Source: an uncultured bacterium
Lineage (GTDB): Bacteria; Zixibacteria; MSB-5A5; UBA10806
Assembly (NCBI GenBank): GCA_965541585.1
Contig: CBEUCH010000004.1
Location: forward strand, 160,001-224,000
Direction: 5' to 3'
DNA: 64,000 nt
Part shown: piece after piece, positions 19,148-28,957 of the stretch
Layout of the letters: each line of letters opens with the position of its first letter
Numbering within the stretch: the first letter of the stretch is position 1
Notes under the pieces: generated by a model
The model's database searches: none
What the model was told of the DNA's origin: nothing
The model's input: only the letters and a program-made list of their open reading frames with translations
Position numbers and translations under genes: made by a program

Positions 19148-19633
19148 ATGAGAGAATCGACCCAACAGTCTTTAGATACCCTCTCAATAGGTATTAATGC
19201 GGAATTAGCGGCCTACATTTTCTATAAACGGGCCTCTGAAAAAATCGAAGATCAAGCGATCGTCGCCATGTTAACCAATCTGGCCGCTGAAGAGAAAAAT
19301 CATTACTGGATGCTTGAAAGCGAATATGATAGCCTGGTCCGCTCTGAAAAATGGATTTCCTACAATGACATCATGCGGAAGGACGGCCTGCCGGAAATAC
19401 CGGATGAGATGTCCGAAAAGCACAAAAAAAGACTGGATGCTTTAGAAACCACATCCGATATCCGGTCGATACTCGAGATGGCCCTGACGCTGGAAGAAGA
19501 GGCACGCGATTTTTATCGTTCTCAGATCGATAAGATCGATGACCCTCTGGCCGTAGAGATATTCACATTCTTAAGCAAGTTTGAACAGGGACATATCAAC
19601 CTCATTAGCGGCTGGCTTGCGAAACTGGGGTAG
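19148..19633 (+). CDS. Rubrerythrin/ferritin-like di-iron protein
   Basis: Duplicated E...(F)Y...EExH pattern: AEEKNH and FEQGH. Confidence 0.8.
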   Translation: MRESTQQSLDTLSIGINAELAAYIFYKRASEKIEDQAIVAMLTNLAAEEKNHYWMLESEYDSLVRSEKWISYNDIMRKDGLPEIPDEMSEKHKKRLDALETTSDIRSILEMALTLEEEARDFYRSQIDKIDDPLAVEIFTFLSKFEQGHINLISGWLAKLG

Positions 19634-19663
19634 GGAAGATTATCGAATATGACCCCGCAAGTA

Positions 19664-20269
19664 TTACAGCGGGAGGACCAGAAATATCATAACATCCCAG
19701 ACAGCGTGCGAGATTATAGCCGGCCAGAGCGACCTGAACCGCATATAGATCCAGCCCCAGAATAAACCGCATATCAAGGCGGCCATAAACAGTACGAAAT
19801 TGGCGGCCCAGAGGTGAACGGCAGCATATATAAACGCTCCTGCAATCCAGCCGATAACCGCATCGTATTTTTTCGATAGAACCCTCTGCACCATCCCCCG
19901 CCAGAATATCTCCTCGGCCGGGCCAATTAGGAAGAATAATAACAGGCCGATCTTCCAGTGATCCATCTGCGCCCTCTTATCGTATATCGAATCGATCTGA
20001 TGGGATGCAAAATCAAAAATCACTCTGGAGAGAAAATCGCCACTCCAGAATACGACGTACAATACTGCCGCCGAAAAGAGACCCCAGAAGATATAGTTTC
20101 TTTTAAATTCGAATAACGCCCTGCGATCATCACCGGAGAACGCAATCGACCAAGCGGCCAGAAGACCTGCCGCTACGGTCATTCCCCACCAGAAATCAAC
20201 GAGTTCGAGGCCGAATAGCACCAGCCAGAAAAGGGCGGCAAAAACCGCCCCGGTTATCATCGGAAGCAC
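19664..20269 (-). CDS. CPBP (Abi/CAAX) family intramembrane metalloprotease
   Basis: EEIFWRG, YAAVH and ISHAVWD motifs. Hydrophobic. Confidence 0.9.
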   Translation of the reverse strand: MLPMITGAVFAALFWLVLFGLELVDFWWGMTVAAGLLAAWSIAFSGDDRRALFEFKRNYIFWGLFSAAVLYVVFWSGDFLSRVIFDFASHQIDSIYDKRAQMDHWKIGLLLFFLIGPAEEIFWRGMVQRVLSKKYDAVIGWIAGAFIYAAVHLWAANFVLFMAALICGLFWGWIYMRFRSLWPAIISHAVWDVMIFLVLPL

Positions 20270-20279
20270 GGAAATCCTA

Positions 20280-21197
20280 TCACGCTACGAATTTGTTCAA
20301 TACAAACGATATGGTCAGCAGGATTCCGAACAGAAAATGAAACTGCGCGGTCTGAACATCGACCAACGCCAACGACGGGTCGCTTTTTTCAAGTTTCGGA
20401 TTGACTGTTTTCATCAGTTTCAATGCAATGGGCAGGGTTAGAAGGACAATCAGCGACCACGGGGAGATGGTCCTCGCAACGACCATAATCAATACGGATA
20501 TATAGGCCCCGATTACAAGGATGTAATAGAAAAATGCGGCGAATTTTCTGCCGCCTATAGTGGACGCTGTTTTGAATCCCGCGCGGGCGTCATTCTCGAT
20601 ATCCCTGAAATCGTTGGCCTGCAGGATGGCCGCTACCAGACATCCCACCGGCAGGCTGACCCAGATGACATGCCACCCGAAAGGTAACCCCTGAGCCAGG
20701 TATCCTCCCAGAACCATTAAGGGCCCCATCATCAGAAATACCCAGGGTTCGCCCAGGCCACGGTATTTGGTGCCGATCGGATCGGCTGTATAAAATACCC
20801 CCCCGATTAAACCGACTATGCCCAGAATCAGGATTGGCATTCCTCTCAGATAAACCAGCCATAGCCCGAGAGCAATACCGATTATCCATAGAACTATGCT
20901 GCCCCACAGGATCTGCTTCGGCTTCATCAGTCCGAACGGCAGGATCTTTGAAGATCCATAGATCTCTTTTGTATCAAAACCCTTGATAAAATCGAAATAA
21001 TCCGAGATCAGGTTCGTGGCGGCGTGATATATAACACCCGCAAATAACGCTATAACAAAGATTCCCCAGTTGAAACCGCTTTCCATCTCCAGCCAGGCCA
21101 GAAACGATCCGACCAGTACCGGGACCGCCGAGGCGGTGAACGAAAAAGCTCTCACTGCCTGAAACCACAATGCCAGCTTTGATTTTTGCTCCGACAT
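20280..21197 (-). CDS. menA: 1,4-dihydroxy-2-naphthoate polyprenyltransferase
   Basis: N...DYFD...G.D, 'YT..P...KYRGLGE', ANDFRDIEND...G.KT (UbiA superfamily, MenA type). ATG at 21197 with GGAGG RBS. Confidence 0.85.
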   Translation of the reverse strand: MSEQKSKLALWFQAVRAFSFTASAVPVLVGSFLAWLEMESGFNWGIFVIALFAGVIYHAATNLISDYFDFIKGFDTKEIYGSSKILPFGLMKPKQILWGSIVLWIIGIALGLWLVYLRGMPILILGIVGLIGGVFYTADPIGTKYRGLGEPWVFLMMGPLMVLGGYLAQGLPFGWHVIWVSLPVGCLVAAILQANDFRDIENDARAGFKTASTIGGRKFAAFFYYILVIGAYISVLIMVVARTISPWSLIVLLTLPIALKLMKTVNPKLEKSDPSLALVDVQTAQFHFLFGILLTISFVLNKFVA

Positions 21198-21198
21198 T

Positions 21199-21720
21199 TC
21201 AAACCTCCATGCTGTCTGCGCCAAGCGCTGTTCTATATGCATTGAATGCGGCATCGTCGAAAAGGACGAAGCCGACACTCGCGATGAAATTCGAGTCTTT
21301 CAAATAATCCCGGGTGGCCTTTATCATAACCTCCGCCGCCTTATCGAGTGGAAAACCTCCGACGCCGGTGCCCAACGCCGGGAAATCAATCGATTCAAGG
21401 CTCAGTTCGTCGGCCCGCAGAAGCGAGTTATATGTCGCCATCCGGATCATGTTCTCATCCGTTTTCAAATCCTGCCCCATTACGGCGGCATGGACGACAT
21501 ATTTGTTGGGAAGCGAACCGGCCGTGGTGACAACCGCCTCTCCCACCTGAATCGGCCCTCTGGATACCGCCTCGTCCTCTATATCCTGGCCGCCCTTGCG
21601 CTTGATCGCTCCCGCCACTCCCGCTCCCATCCAGAGATGGTTGTTGGCAGCGTTGACGATGGCATCGGCTGTCGATTCGGTGATGTCTCCTTTTATTACT
21701 CTGATTGTTTTCCCCGGCAT
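21199..21720 (-). CDS. Macro domain protein (O-acetyl-ADP-ribose deacetylase type)
   Basis: GDIT, DAIVNAAN, GAGVAGAI, FPALGTGVGG. Confidence 0.93.
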   Translation of the reverse strand: MPGKTIRVIKGDITESTADAIVNAANNHLWMGAGVAGAIKRKGGQDIEDEAVSRGPIQVGEAVVTTAGSLPNKYVVHAAVMGQDLKTDENMIRMATYNSLLRADELSLESIDFPALGTGVGGFPLDKAAEVMIKATRDYLKDSNFIASVGFVLFDDAAFNAYRTALGADSMEV

Positions 21721-21722
21721 GA

Positions 21723-22298
21723 TTAAGAATCCACTTTTATTTTTCGAGCATCAAGATACTTTCCGATTTTCTCCGGCGCAAGTTTTTTCGTCAGGTAGAT
21801 CAATCCCAGCCCGATAGCGGCTCCGTAAACTGCACCCGCTACCACGTCCGATGGATAATGCACACCCTGATAGACCCGCCCGATCGCAACCAGAGTGGCG
21901 ACGGGATAAAGATAGTAGCGCGTTGATTTGTAAAAGCCACCGATCACCACGGCCAGACCAAACATGTTGGCGGCATGTGATGACGGAAAACTGAAAACCC
22001 CTCCGCAACCGTCGACAACCCGTACCCAGATAAGCGACGGGTCATGGCAGGGCCGGATACGCCCCACCAACGGTTTTGCGATCCGGTAGATTGTTGGGTC
22101 TATTATCAAAGCCGCCAGCGCTGCCAGCGCCACCATCCAGCGTCCTCTGGGGCCGCCCTTCCAGAGTAGCATGATAGAGATAAGGACCACCGGCCAGCGC
22201 CAGATATCGAAATTGCAGATGTAGGAAAAAAAATAATCAAGCGGGGGCATCGCGATGGTATTATTGAAGAATTTCAAAAGCGCCAGATCTATCGGCAA
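21723..22298 (-). CDS. PAP2-family membrane phosphatase (undecaprenyl-PP phosphatase-like)
   Basis: K....R.RP, SFPSSH, RVY.GVHYPSDV. Confidence 0.9.
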   Translation of the reverse strand: MPIDLALLKFFNNTIAMPPLDYFFSYICNFDIWRWPVVLISIMLLWKGGPRGRWMVALAALAALIIDPTIYRIAKPLVGRIRPCHDPSLIWVRVVDGCGGVFSFPSSHAANMFGLAVVIGGFYKSTRYYLYPVATLVAIGRVYQGVHYPSDVVAGAVYGAAIGLGLIYLTKKLAPEKIGKYLDARKIKVDS

Positions 22299-22448
22299 GT
22301 TGCCTCCTTATTGAGCAGATAATATACCATGGAATAGAGATTGACAAACAGCAATTACATCATTATAGAACTAAAGAATCGTATTGTAAAGATATCGGGT
22401 TAATTAACGATTAATCCTGATGCGGTACTTCTATTTAGGGGGAATGCA

Positions 22449-23180
22449 ATGAGAACCATCGTATCGCTTGGCGTTATTACGATATTATTGTAGTTTACCT
22501 TCACTCTATCAGGTCAGGAAACGGAATCTGAAATTAAGATTCTGCGGGTGAGGTCGTTTCATGGAAACGAAGTTGACGCTGTATCCGGAGAGGTCTGGTT
22601 CGGGCTGTATCCCTCGGAGGATGGATTCGAACTGATTCGATCCGAAATTTCAGTTGAGCAGGTTTTTGATCCTATCATGGATGCGGATGATAGCGCCGGG
22701 ACCGGTAAGAAAATTTCGGTCGATTATCCAACAGAACCACTTTTTCTGGTGAAGGGATTGGAAAACTTGATAGAAGGTATGGTAAAAACTGCTTTCTCAG
22801 GTAGAAGGTTTATATATCCTGGTGAGACTTTGAGCTTCGAATTCGAAGAAAGAGATTACTATGCTATGGCCGCATTTGGCGAGGTTGCGGACGCCGGTAT
22901 CGCAAGGCCTTTTCATTTTAAATATCGTGATTATCAAATAAAATTCTCACACACTCCTTGGGCCAATACTCAACTGATAGCCTCTTTTGCTGGTCTGTCA
23001 ATTGATAGATCGCCGGCTCTTCTCTGGGCCGGTGATCTGGACAGAGATGGCAAGCTCGACTTATTGATGGATCTAACCTATCACTACAATGTTACTCTTT
23101 ACTCTCTTTTCCTTTCGTCCGCCGCTGAAGGGGATAAACTTGTGAAGCTCGTGTCTCAATTTAGAAATACAGGATGTTGA
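22449..23180 (+). pseudogene. Secreted hypothetical protein with an in-frame TAG in its signal peptide (ORF track starts at 22548)
   Basis: ATG at 22449 behind a GGGGGA RBS reads MRTIVSLGVITILL*FTFTLSGQE, in frame with 22548-23180. The C-terminus has 'WAGDLDRDGKLDLL'. Confidence 0.55.
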
Positions 23181-23218
23181 GATAAATAGAGATTAATAGA
23201 GTATTCAAAGGTCAATAA

Positions 23219-23983
23219 TTGGATTTGGGTGATTATTTGGCAAACCGGAAAGCACCTATACGCTTGGCGTGGCAAAATAAAGTAATCACAATAACGTTCC
23301 TATCAGCTGCAGCCATCATGCTTTTATGCTTGATAAGTGGTTGCACCGTCATCGGTCTTGCCATCGGCGCAAGTGCCGATCGGGAAAAACCCGATAAAAA
23401 GGATTACGCCATCTCAGAAATTGAACGTATTCAACCGGGAAAGGAAGTTACCGTTGTCCTTAATACGAAAGATATGATAAGCGGGGAATACGTACGGACG
23501 ACCCGGATTACCGATCAGGAATACGATTCGATTTTTAGCGAATTTCGCGAAAAATCATACAACCTGTCTGGAATCCCGGCGCCGGGCGATACCATCACAA
23601 TATTCGATCTGACGGGTAGACGATGGACGTTCGAGTTAATAGACTATAACTATGATTATTTAAGAGTCAAGCCCGCTGGAGAAACTGAGCCAATAGTGTT
23701 TTTAATCAGGAATATTGCCGAAATCACTGCCGGAAATGAAACCACGATTTCCGTGGAAGAACTGAAGATGATGATCGCGGAAAAGAAAATACCGGTTATT
23801 CAGGCGATGGCCTTAAATATAAATGGCGATACAGTAGTTATAGCGGCGAGCAGGGTCGATCGCGTATTCAGCATTGATAAGAAAAATCGGATCTGGAAAG
23901 GCATGGCTATGGGGCTTGCTATCGATTTAGCCTTAGTGATCTGGTTCGTCACACAGCTTCCCCTCGATTTTGGTTTAAGGTAG
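23219..23983 (+). CDS. Hypothetical lipoprotein/membrane protein
   Basis: Lipobox-like 'LISGC' and a C-terminal TM helix. Start uncertain. Confidence 0.6.
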   Translation: MDLGDYLANRKAPIRLAWQNKVITITFLSAAAIMLLCLISGCTVIGLAIGASADREKPDKKDYAISEIERIQPGKEVTVVLNTKDMISGEYVRTTRITDQEYDSIFSEFREKSYNLSGIPAPGDTITIFDLTGRRWTFELIDYNYDYLRVKPAGETEPIVFLIRNIAEITAGNETTISVEELKMMIAEKKIPVIQAMALNINGDTVVIAASRVDRVFSIDKKNRIWKGMAMGLAIDLALVIWFVTQLPLDFGLR

Positions 23984-24134
23984 TCATCCCAAGGACGCCG
24001 GACTGAATATATTGGTGGCGACAAAACCCATAATATTAAGAATTACGAATTATAATACGTGGCGTTTTAAATTTTGGCAGACGGTTGATCAGGATCACCA
24101 AAACCACGGGGTCTTGACTACAAAGATAGGGAAA

Positions 24135-25085
24135 TCACTCCGACCCCACGGCCTCGCGTTCGGGATGTGCTGTTTTTATGAGAGCTTCTACCTCCTCCAA
24201 TTCCGGTATACCTCGTCGGCCGCCCAGCCGGGTGCATTTCAACGCCGCCGTTGCGGAGGCGAATTCCAGTATCCGGGGAAGCTCCCATCCCTGAATCAGG
24301 CCATAGACATATGCGCCGTGGAAGACGTCGCCGGCGCCAGTAGTATCGACAACATTGACCTTGAAAGCCTCTTGCTGAAATAGCTCGCCATCGGACGTGG
24401 CGCCGATGCTGCCTCTGCGACCGGATGTTATGACAACCGATTTGAAGCCCATGTGAGCCAGTTTCAAGGCCGCTCTCCCGGGATCAACTTCCTGGGTGAA
24501 ATCCAGTGAAAATCGGTTTGACACCACCAGGTGGTCGACATAGGGGAGAATATCGCCGATATTTTTCCTCGGAGAACCGGCGTCCAGAATCACCTCACCG
24601 CCCGTTTTTCTCGCCAGCAGAGCGGCGGTTAATGACGTCTCCGGTTCGCGGCCATCGATGAGCAAAAATTTCGCTCTTTGAATAACGGCGGCATTCAACT
24701 CGTCCGGTGATAGAGCCGATGTTTCGGTTCTATCGAGTATCACCGTTCTTTTGCCGCTCTCTTTTTCCACAATGACGAAGGCCCGGGGTGTTCGCGAATC
24801 GGGGTCTAAGAATAAATACCGGACATTGACCCCAAACCGACGCAACTCGTCGCGAAGCAATTTGCCATCGCCATCTTTGCCGCTCTTACCGAGAAATGCG
24901 CTACCAATTCCGAATTTCGCGAGCGTGCACAAAGCCGTCGGTACAGGCCCTCCTCCCTGTCGAGAAAAGGAGATGGCGTCAATCTTGTCGTCAAGACGGG
25001 GATAACTATCCACCACAAAGGTGTAATCCAGCGCGCAAAGCCCCAGACCGACACATTCGATTCTATTTGATCTTGACCTGGCCAT
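24135..25085 (-). CDS. PfkB-family carbohydrate kinase
   Basis: GGGPV, 'VVDTTGAGDVFHGA'. ATG at 25085 preferred. Confidence 0.9.
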   Translation of the reverse strand: MARSRSNRIECVGLGLCALDYTFVVDSYPRLDDKIDAISFSRQGGGPVPTALCTLAKFGIGSAFLGKSGKDGDGKLLRDELRRFGVNVRYLFLDPDSRTPRAFVIVEKESGKRTVILDRTETSALSPDELNAAVIQRAKFLLIDGREPETSLTAALLARKTGGEVILDAGSPRKNIGDILPYVDHLVVSNRFSLDFTQEVDPGRAALKLAHMGFKSVVITSGRRGSIGATSDGELFQQEAFKVNVVDTTGAGDVFHGAYVYGLIQGWELPRILEFASATAALKCTRLGGRRGIPELEEVEALIKTAHPEREAVGSE

Positions 25086-25680
25086 TGGTAGCTTCCGTAA
25101 TTTTGGCCTTGAAGGCGGCCATTTTCGATGCCCTGACTTCCACGTCAAAGGTTACTTTTTCACCATAATGAGAATCCTTCAATTCCGCCGAGTAGCTGCT
25201 TATGATACTATGAGCGACATTGACAAAATCGAAATCGACTGAAAAAGCAATTTTGTCGGTCAAATATTTCTTTTCGGATTCACACGATTTCAAAAGCTCG
25301 TATGAAACCCTCCCGTAGGCACGCATCAACCCGCCGGTACCGAGCTTGGTGCCGCCAAAATACCTGGCTACCACCACGCAGGCATTCGAAACATTGGTGG
25401 AGTTAATAGACTTGAGTATGGGCTGACCGGCGGTTCCCGACGGTTCCCCACCGTCGTTGTAACGGTATTTTTGTCTTCGTCCCAATCCTAATTTCCAGGC
25501 GAAACAATTGTGGGTGGCATCATGAAACTCTTTCTTGATCTCCTCTATGAACGTCCGTGCATCTTTCTCGGTCTCGACCGGTGTAGCGCTGGCGATAAAT
25601 TTGCTGCCCTTGATCTTTTCCTCCGACCGGCATCTCCCCTTTAACTGTACGAACTGGTCGGTACTCGATCTACGATTCAT
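25063..25680 (-). CDS. yigZ: YigZ/IMPACT family protein
   Basis: IKGSKFIA, DATHNCFAW, D.GEPSGTAG.PIL, RYFGGTKLGTGGL.RAY. Confidence 0.93.
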   Translation of the reverse strand: MNRRSSTDQFVQLKGRCRSEEKIKGSKFIASATPVETEKDARTFIEEIKKEFHDATHNCFAWKLGLGRRQKYRYNDGGEPSGTAGQPILKSINSTNVSNACVVVARYFGGTKLGTGGLMRAYGRVSYELLKSCESEKKYLTDKIAFSVDFDFVNVAHSIISSYSAELKDSHYGEKVTFDVEVRASKMAAFKAKITEATNGQVKIK

Positions 25681-25924
25681 CCTGATCCCCTCGCGAGAAT
25701 TGGTCGGCCAGCCGAACGACTCTGCTCTTATAAATCAATTTGAAAAGATCGACATTTTCGGGCTCCTCATCGGCGTATTCAGCTTCGACCTGCTCATATA
25801 ATCTCAAAGCCCGCTCGGCCGTCATACCGCTGGTCATTATTTTCCGGCATAAGTCGTCGATCTTCGCTCTGGCATCCAGATAACAGTCGCTGTATCCTCT
25901 TTTACCGGACATTGAAAGACTCAT
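25670..25924 (-). CDS. Small helical hypothetical protein
   Basis: Fills the gap between dprA and yigZ with tight spacing/overlap. 'F.LIY.SR..RL..QF' helical pattern. Confidence 0.65.
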   Translation of the reverse strand: MSLSMSGKRGYSDCYLDARAKIDDLCRKIMTSGMTAERALRLYEQVEAEYADEEPENVDLFKLIYKSRVVRLADQFSRGDQDES

Positions 25925-25930
25925 GACAAC

Positions 25931-26818
25931 TTAGACCATGTATTCCATAATTTCGTCAACCGAGTCCACATCTTTAATTATTGGTCCGGGCGAATCCTTT
26001 ATTGCATCAAATTTCAGGTCGCCTTCCGGGTCGCAATAGAAAAGCGGTTTTGCCTGTTTCAAAGCGTAAGCTGCTGTTCTCAATTCGCCTTTCGTTTCCT
26101 TACCAACCTGGACGACAACAACTGCTCTGGAAAAAGCGGAGATCAATCGATTTCTGAGAACCAATCCGGACTTGCTCACCTTCTTAAAAGGCTGGTATTC
26201 CGAGATCAGAATGCCGGATTTGGCGATCAGTTCAGCTAAGGATTTGTTTTCCGCCGGGTATATATCGAGAAAGCCGCATCCCAGGACGGCTATGCTTAGC
26301 CCCTGTTCCTTTAAGGCTCCCAGATGGGCTGCGCTGTCTATTCCGGCGGCAAGACCTGATACTATGCCGAAATCCCTTCTGATAAACTCCCTGGTAAGAT
26401 CGACAGTCAGTCGAAGCCCTGCCTGGGTGGCCCTGGTGGTGCCGACAAGCGCCACGTATTTATGCGAGAAGGCATCGCGGTTGCCCATATAATAGATCAG
26501 GGGCGGCGGATCGTCTATCTCCCGTAGCATTTGAGGATAGTCGTCGTCGAGAAATGAAGCTACGTGGATATCGTTGGCCGTATAATCATAAAGTTTTTCG
26601 GTGAACAAATCGACACTATCCAGAGAGCGGAGCAGACGGTCGATTCCCTCCTCCCCGAGACGGGGAATACCGTCGAAATCGGAATGAGCGGCGTACAAAA
26701 GATCCTCCGGCGGGCCCACACGCATCAGGAGATGCTGAAACATCCTGGCGCCGATACCGCCCTCCTCGGTAATCGCCATGATGATCGATTTTCTTTCAAT
26801 GGTAATATCGTTTGGCAA
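25931..26818 (-). CDS. dprA: DNA-processing protein DprA
   Basis: YP..LREI.DPP, VALVGTR, VSGLA.GID.AAH, RNRLIS. Confidence 0.92.
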   Translation of the reverse strand: MPNDITIERKSIIMAITEEGGIGARMFQHLLMRVGPPEDLLYAAHSDFDGIPRLGEEGIDRLLRSLDSVDLFTEKLYDYTANDIHVASFLDDDYPQMLREIDDPPPLIYYMGNRDAFSHKYVALVGTTRATQAGLRLTVDLTREFIRRDFGIVSGLAAGIDSAAHLGALKEQGLSIAVLGCGFLDIYPAENKSLAELIAKSGILISEYQPFKKVSKSGLVLRNRLISAFSRAVVVVQVGKETKGELRTAAYALKQAKPLFYCDPEGDLKFDAIKDSPGPIIKDVDSVDEIMEYMV

Positions 26819-26841
26819 TCCAGGCTCCTACTATATATAAC

Positions 26842-27630
26842 CTATCTTCCCGTAGAAAAGGTCCAGACATGCTTCCTCGATGGATTCCCGGCAAGATCCT
26901 TAAAACCCTTGGAATCCTCGCCATTGACATGAAACTCATACGTGATATTCGGATAGAGGTGCAGGTTGATTGTGAAAATATTCGATTCCTCATCATAAAG
27001 TATATCGCCGTACTGCGTCCACATATCCTCGGGCGTACCGGATATCGAAGAGGTCGCCGGATTCATCGGCTCCGAAAACTCTATAATCATTTTCACATAT
27101 TGGCCGACCCGGGCTTCACCATTTTCAGGCTTAACGGAAACCACATGCGGCGGAATTTTATCCGGCAACAAAATTAGTCGTGCCATTTCAGGTATAACGG
27201 TATAGATATCTTTTAGATCGCCGCAAACAATAGGATCAAATAGTATCGGTTCGGCCTCAGCGGACTCCAGAAACCTTAACTCCACCGTGAATATCCCCCT
27301 GGACGAAAATATATGCCCGTAGACCGCGCCGGAGGCCCCCAGCGAGGGCATCAAAGATTTGAGATTGTCGATAGTGTAGTTAAGATCCGACTCGTATAAG
27401 CCCTTTTGCGTCAATAACTTTTCAAACAGATTTCTGGATACCAGGGAGCCGCCTTGTTTTTTCACATGTGACCTGAGAGAATCGCCGAAGACGCTCGATC
27501 TTCCGGCGGCCTCACCATGGCAATCGAAGTTTAGAACGAGATATCTGGCATCATCCCCGCCATATGAATCCGCCTCGAACATAAGGCTAAAGACGCATGC
27601 GGCAAGCATACATGAGAATATCCATTTCAT
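26842..27630 (-). CDS. Secreted protein with C-terminal bacterial Ig-like (Big_5/SbsA-type) domain
   Basis: Signal peptide. 'PP.VVSV.P.NG...I.FSEPM...DLAGN...WTFST'. Confidence 0.75.
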   Translation of the reverse strand: MKWIFSCMLAACVFSLMFEADSYGGDDARYLVLNFDCHGEAAGRSSVFGDSLRSHVKKQGGSLVSRNLFEKLLTQKGLYESDLNYTIDNLKSLMPSLGASGAVYGHIFSSRGIFTVELRFLESAEAEPILFDPIVCGDLKDIYTVIPEMARLILLPDKIPPHVVSVKPENGEARVGQYVKMIIEFSEPMNPATSSISGTPEDMWTQYGDILYDEESNIFTINLHLYPNITYEFHVNGEDSKGFKDLAGNPSRKHVWTFSTGR

Positions 27631-27661
27631 GATGGCAATATATCTCTGCAGCAGGTAAATG

Positions 27662-28957
27662 TCAATCGAGCCGGGCCAGGAGTCTTTCAGGCTGCCAGCC
27701 TATGAAATAAGGCAAGTATTCCGCCACTGTCAGGCTGAACTTTTCTTTGTATTTTTCTCTAACCGGCATAGCGGCAGGGACCGTCATTTTCAGGGGGTTA
27801 TTATATTTGCCGTTTTTTCTAACGCGATAACACAGATGAGGGCCGGTGCTCAGGCCCGTATTCCCCACGTACCCGATAACCTGCCCCTGCACCACATGCC
27901 TTCCCCGGGCCACTCCCTTGCCGAAATTATTAAGGTGGCCGTAGCAGGTCACGAAGCCGTGAGAGTGTTGAATCTCAAAGTAATTTCCAAACCCCCTCTT
28001 TTTACCCTTGAATATAACATAGCCATCGCCGGCGGCTACCACGGGGGTTCCAACCGCCGCCGCGTAGTCTACACCGAGATGAGGGCGATAAATCTTACGG
28101 ATCGGATGAAGCCTCCGGTAGGAAAACTTCGATGACACTCTCCTGTAGTTCAAAGGCGATTTCAAGAGGGTCTTTCTCAGCGAATACCCGTTTTCATCAT
28201 AGTAATCGCGTCGGCCATCCGGATCCGTAAAGAGAAATGCCCTGTGAATTTCACCATCTAATATGTATTCTGCGGCCAGGATATTACCCGTCTTAACAAA
28301 TGCCCCATCCTTTTCGTAAACCTCAAATACAACTTTGAACTTATTACCAATTCTCGGTTCTGTGAGAAAATCGATCTCCCAGCCGAATATGTCGGCCAGG
28401 GAAAAAAAGATTTCCATGTCGGGTAATTGAGGCATCAGAGCGTCCCACAACGTGGACTCTATCTCGCCCTCTATGATTCTTACGGATCGCTCGAGACCGA
28501 CCTCATATATTGTTTCGAGATAGCGGTCGCCATCGCGGTCCAACCGATATCGCTTCCAATCATCCGTGGTATATTCCAGGGCCACGATATTGTCATCAGG
28601 ACCCATGAATAGCTTGAATCTATCGCCGGGCTGTGAACGGGTCAGGTTAAACATCTTTGAGAAACGCGAGGTTATCTCCGCCACCAGAGGATGAGATATT
28701 TCCTGATTGAGAAGCTCGGCGTAAAGGCTTGAGTTTTTCTTAATTATGCCGGCGTAAATCGCATCGATATCCAGGATTTCCACCGGCTCCGGATCAGGCT
28801 CGGTCGATGCCGAAGTATCCAACGTGGCCGGCGTCCTGTTCGTATGAAATAAAACTGCGGCAAAAACGAAAACCAGCCCCATAACTGCTATGGGGACTAT
28901 TTTCGACCGGAGATACTCTGAAGTCTTTGTTTTACTATTGATTATCCTCAATATCAA
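27662..28957 (-). CDS. M23-family peptidoglycan DD-metalloendopeptidase (MepM-like)
   Basis: HLGVDYAA, YGHL, GLSTGPHL motifs and an N-terminal TM helix. Start uncertain: TTG at 28957 overlapping the upstream stop, or GTG at 29014. Confidence 0.9.
   Translation of the reverse strand: MILRIINSKTKTSEYLRSKIVPIAVMGLVFVFAAVLFHTNRTPATLDTSASTEPDPEPVEILDIDAIYAGIIKKNSSLYAELLNQEISHPLVAEITSRFSKMFNLTRSQPGDRFKLFMGPDDNIVALEYTTDDWKRYRLDRDGDRYLETIYEVGLERSVRIIEGEIESTLWDALMPQLPDMEIFFSLADIFGWEIDFLTEPRIGNKFKVVFEVYEKDGAFVKTGNILAAEYILDGEIHRAFLFTDPDGRRDYYDENGYSLRKTLLKSPLNYRRVSSKFSYRRLHPIRKIYRPHLGVDYAAAVGTPVVAAGDGYVIFKGKKRGFGNYFEIQHSHGFVTCYGHLNNFGKGVARGRHVVQGQVIGYVGNTGLSTGPHLCYRVRKNGKYNNPLKMTVPAAMPVREKYKEKFSLTVAEYLPYFIGWQPERLLARLD

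Noticed and set aside
22491..22493. Pyrrolysine or genetic-code reassignment of TAG
   Set aside because: TAG ends many complete genes here (rplY, rmuC, NtrC-like, gcvT-independent others such as miaB and arsC neighbours), no pyl genes are present, and the position is in a signal peptide.
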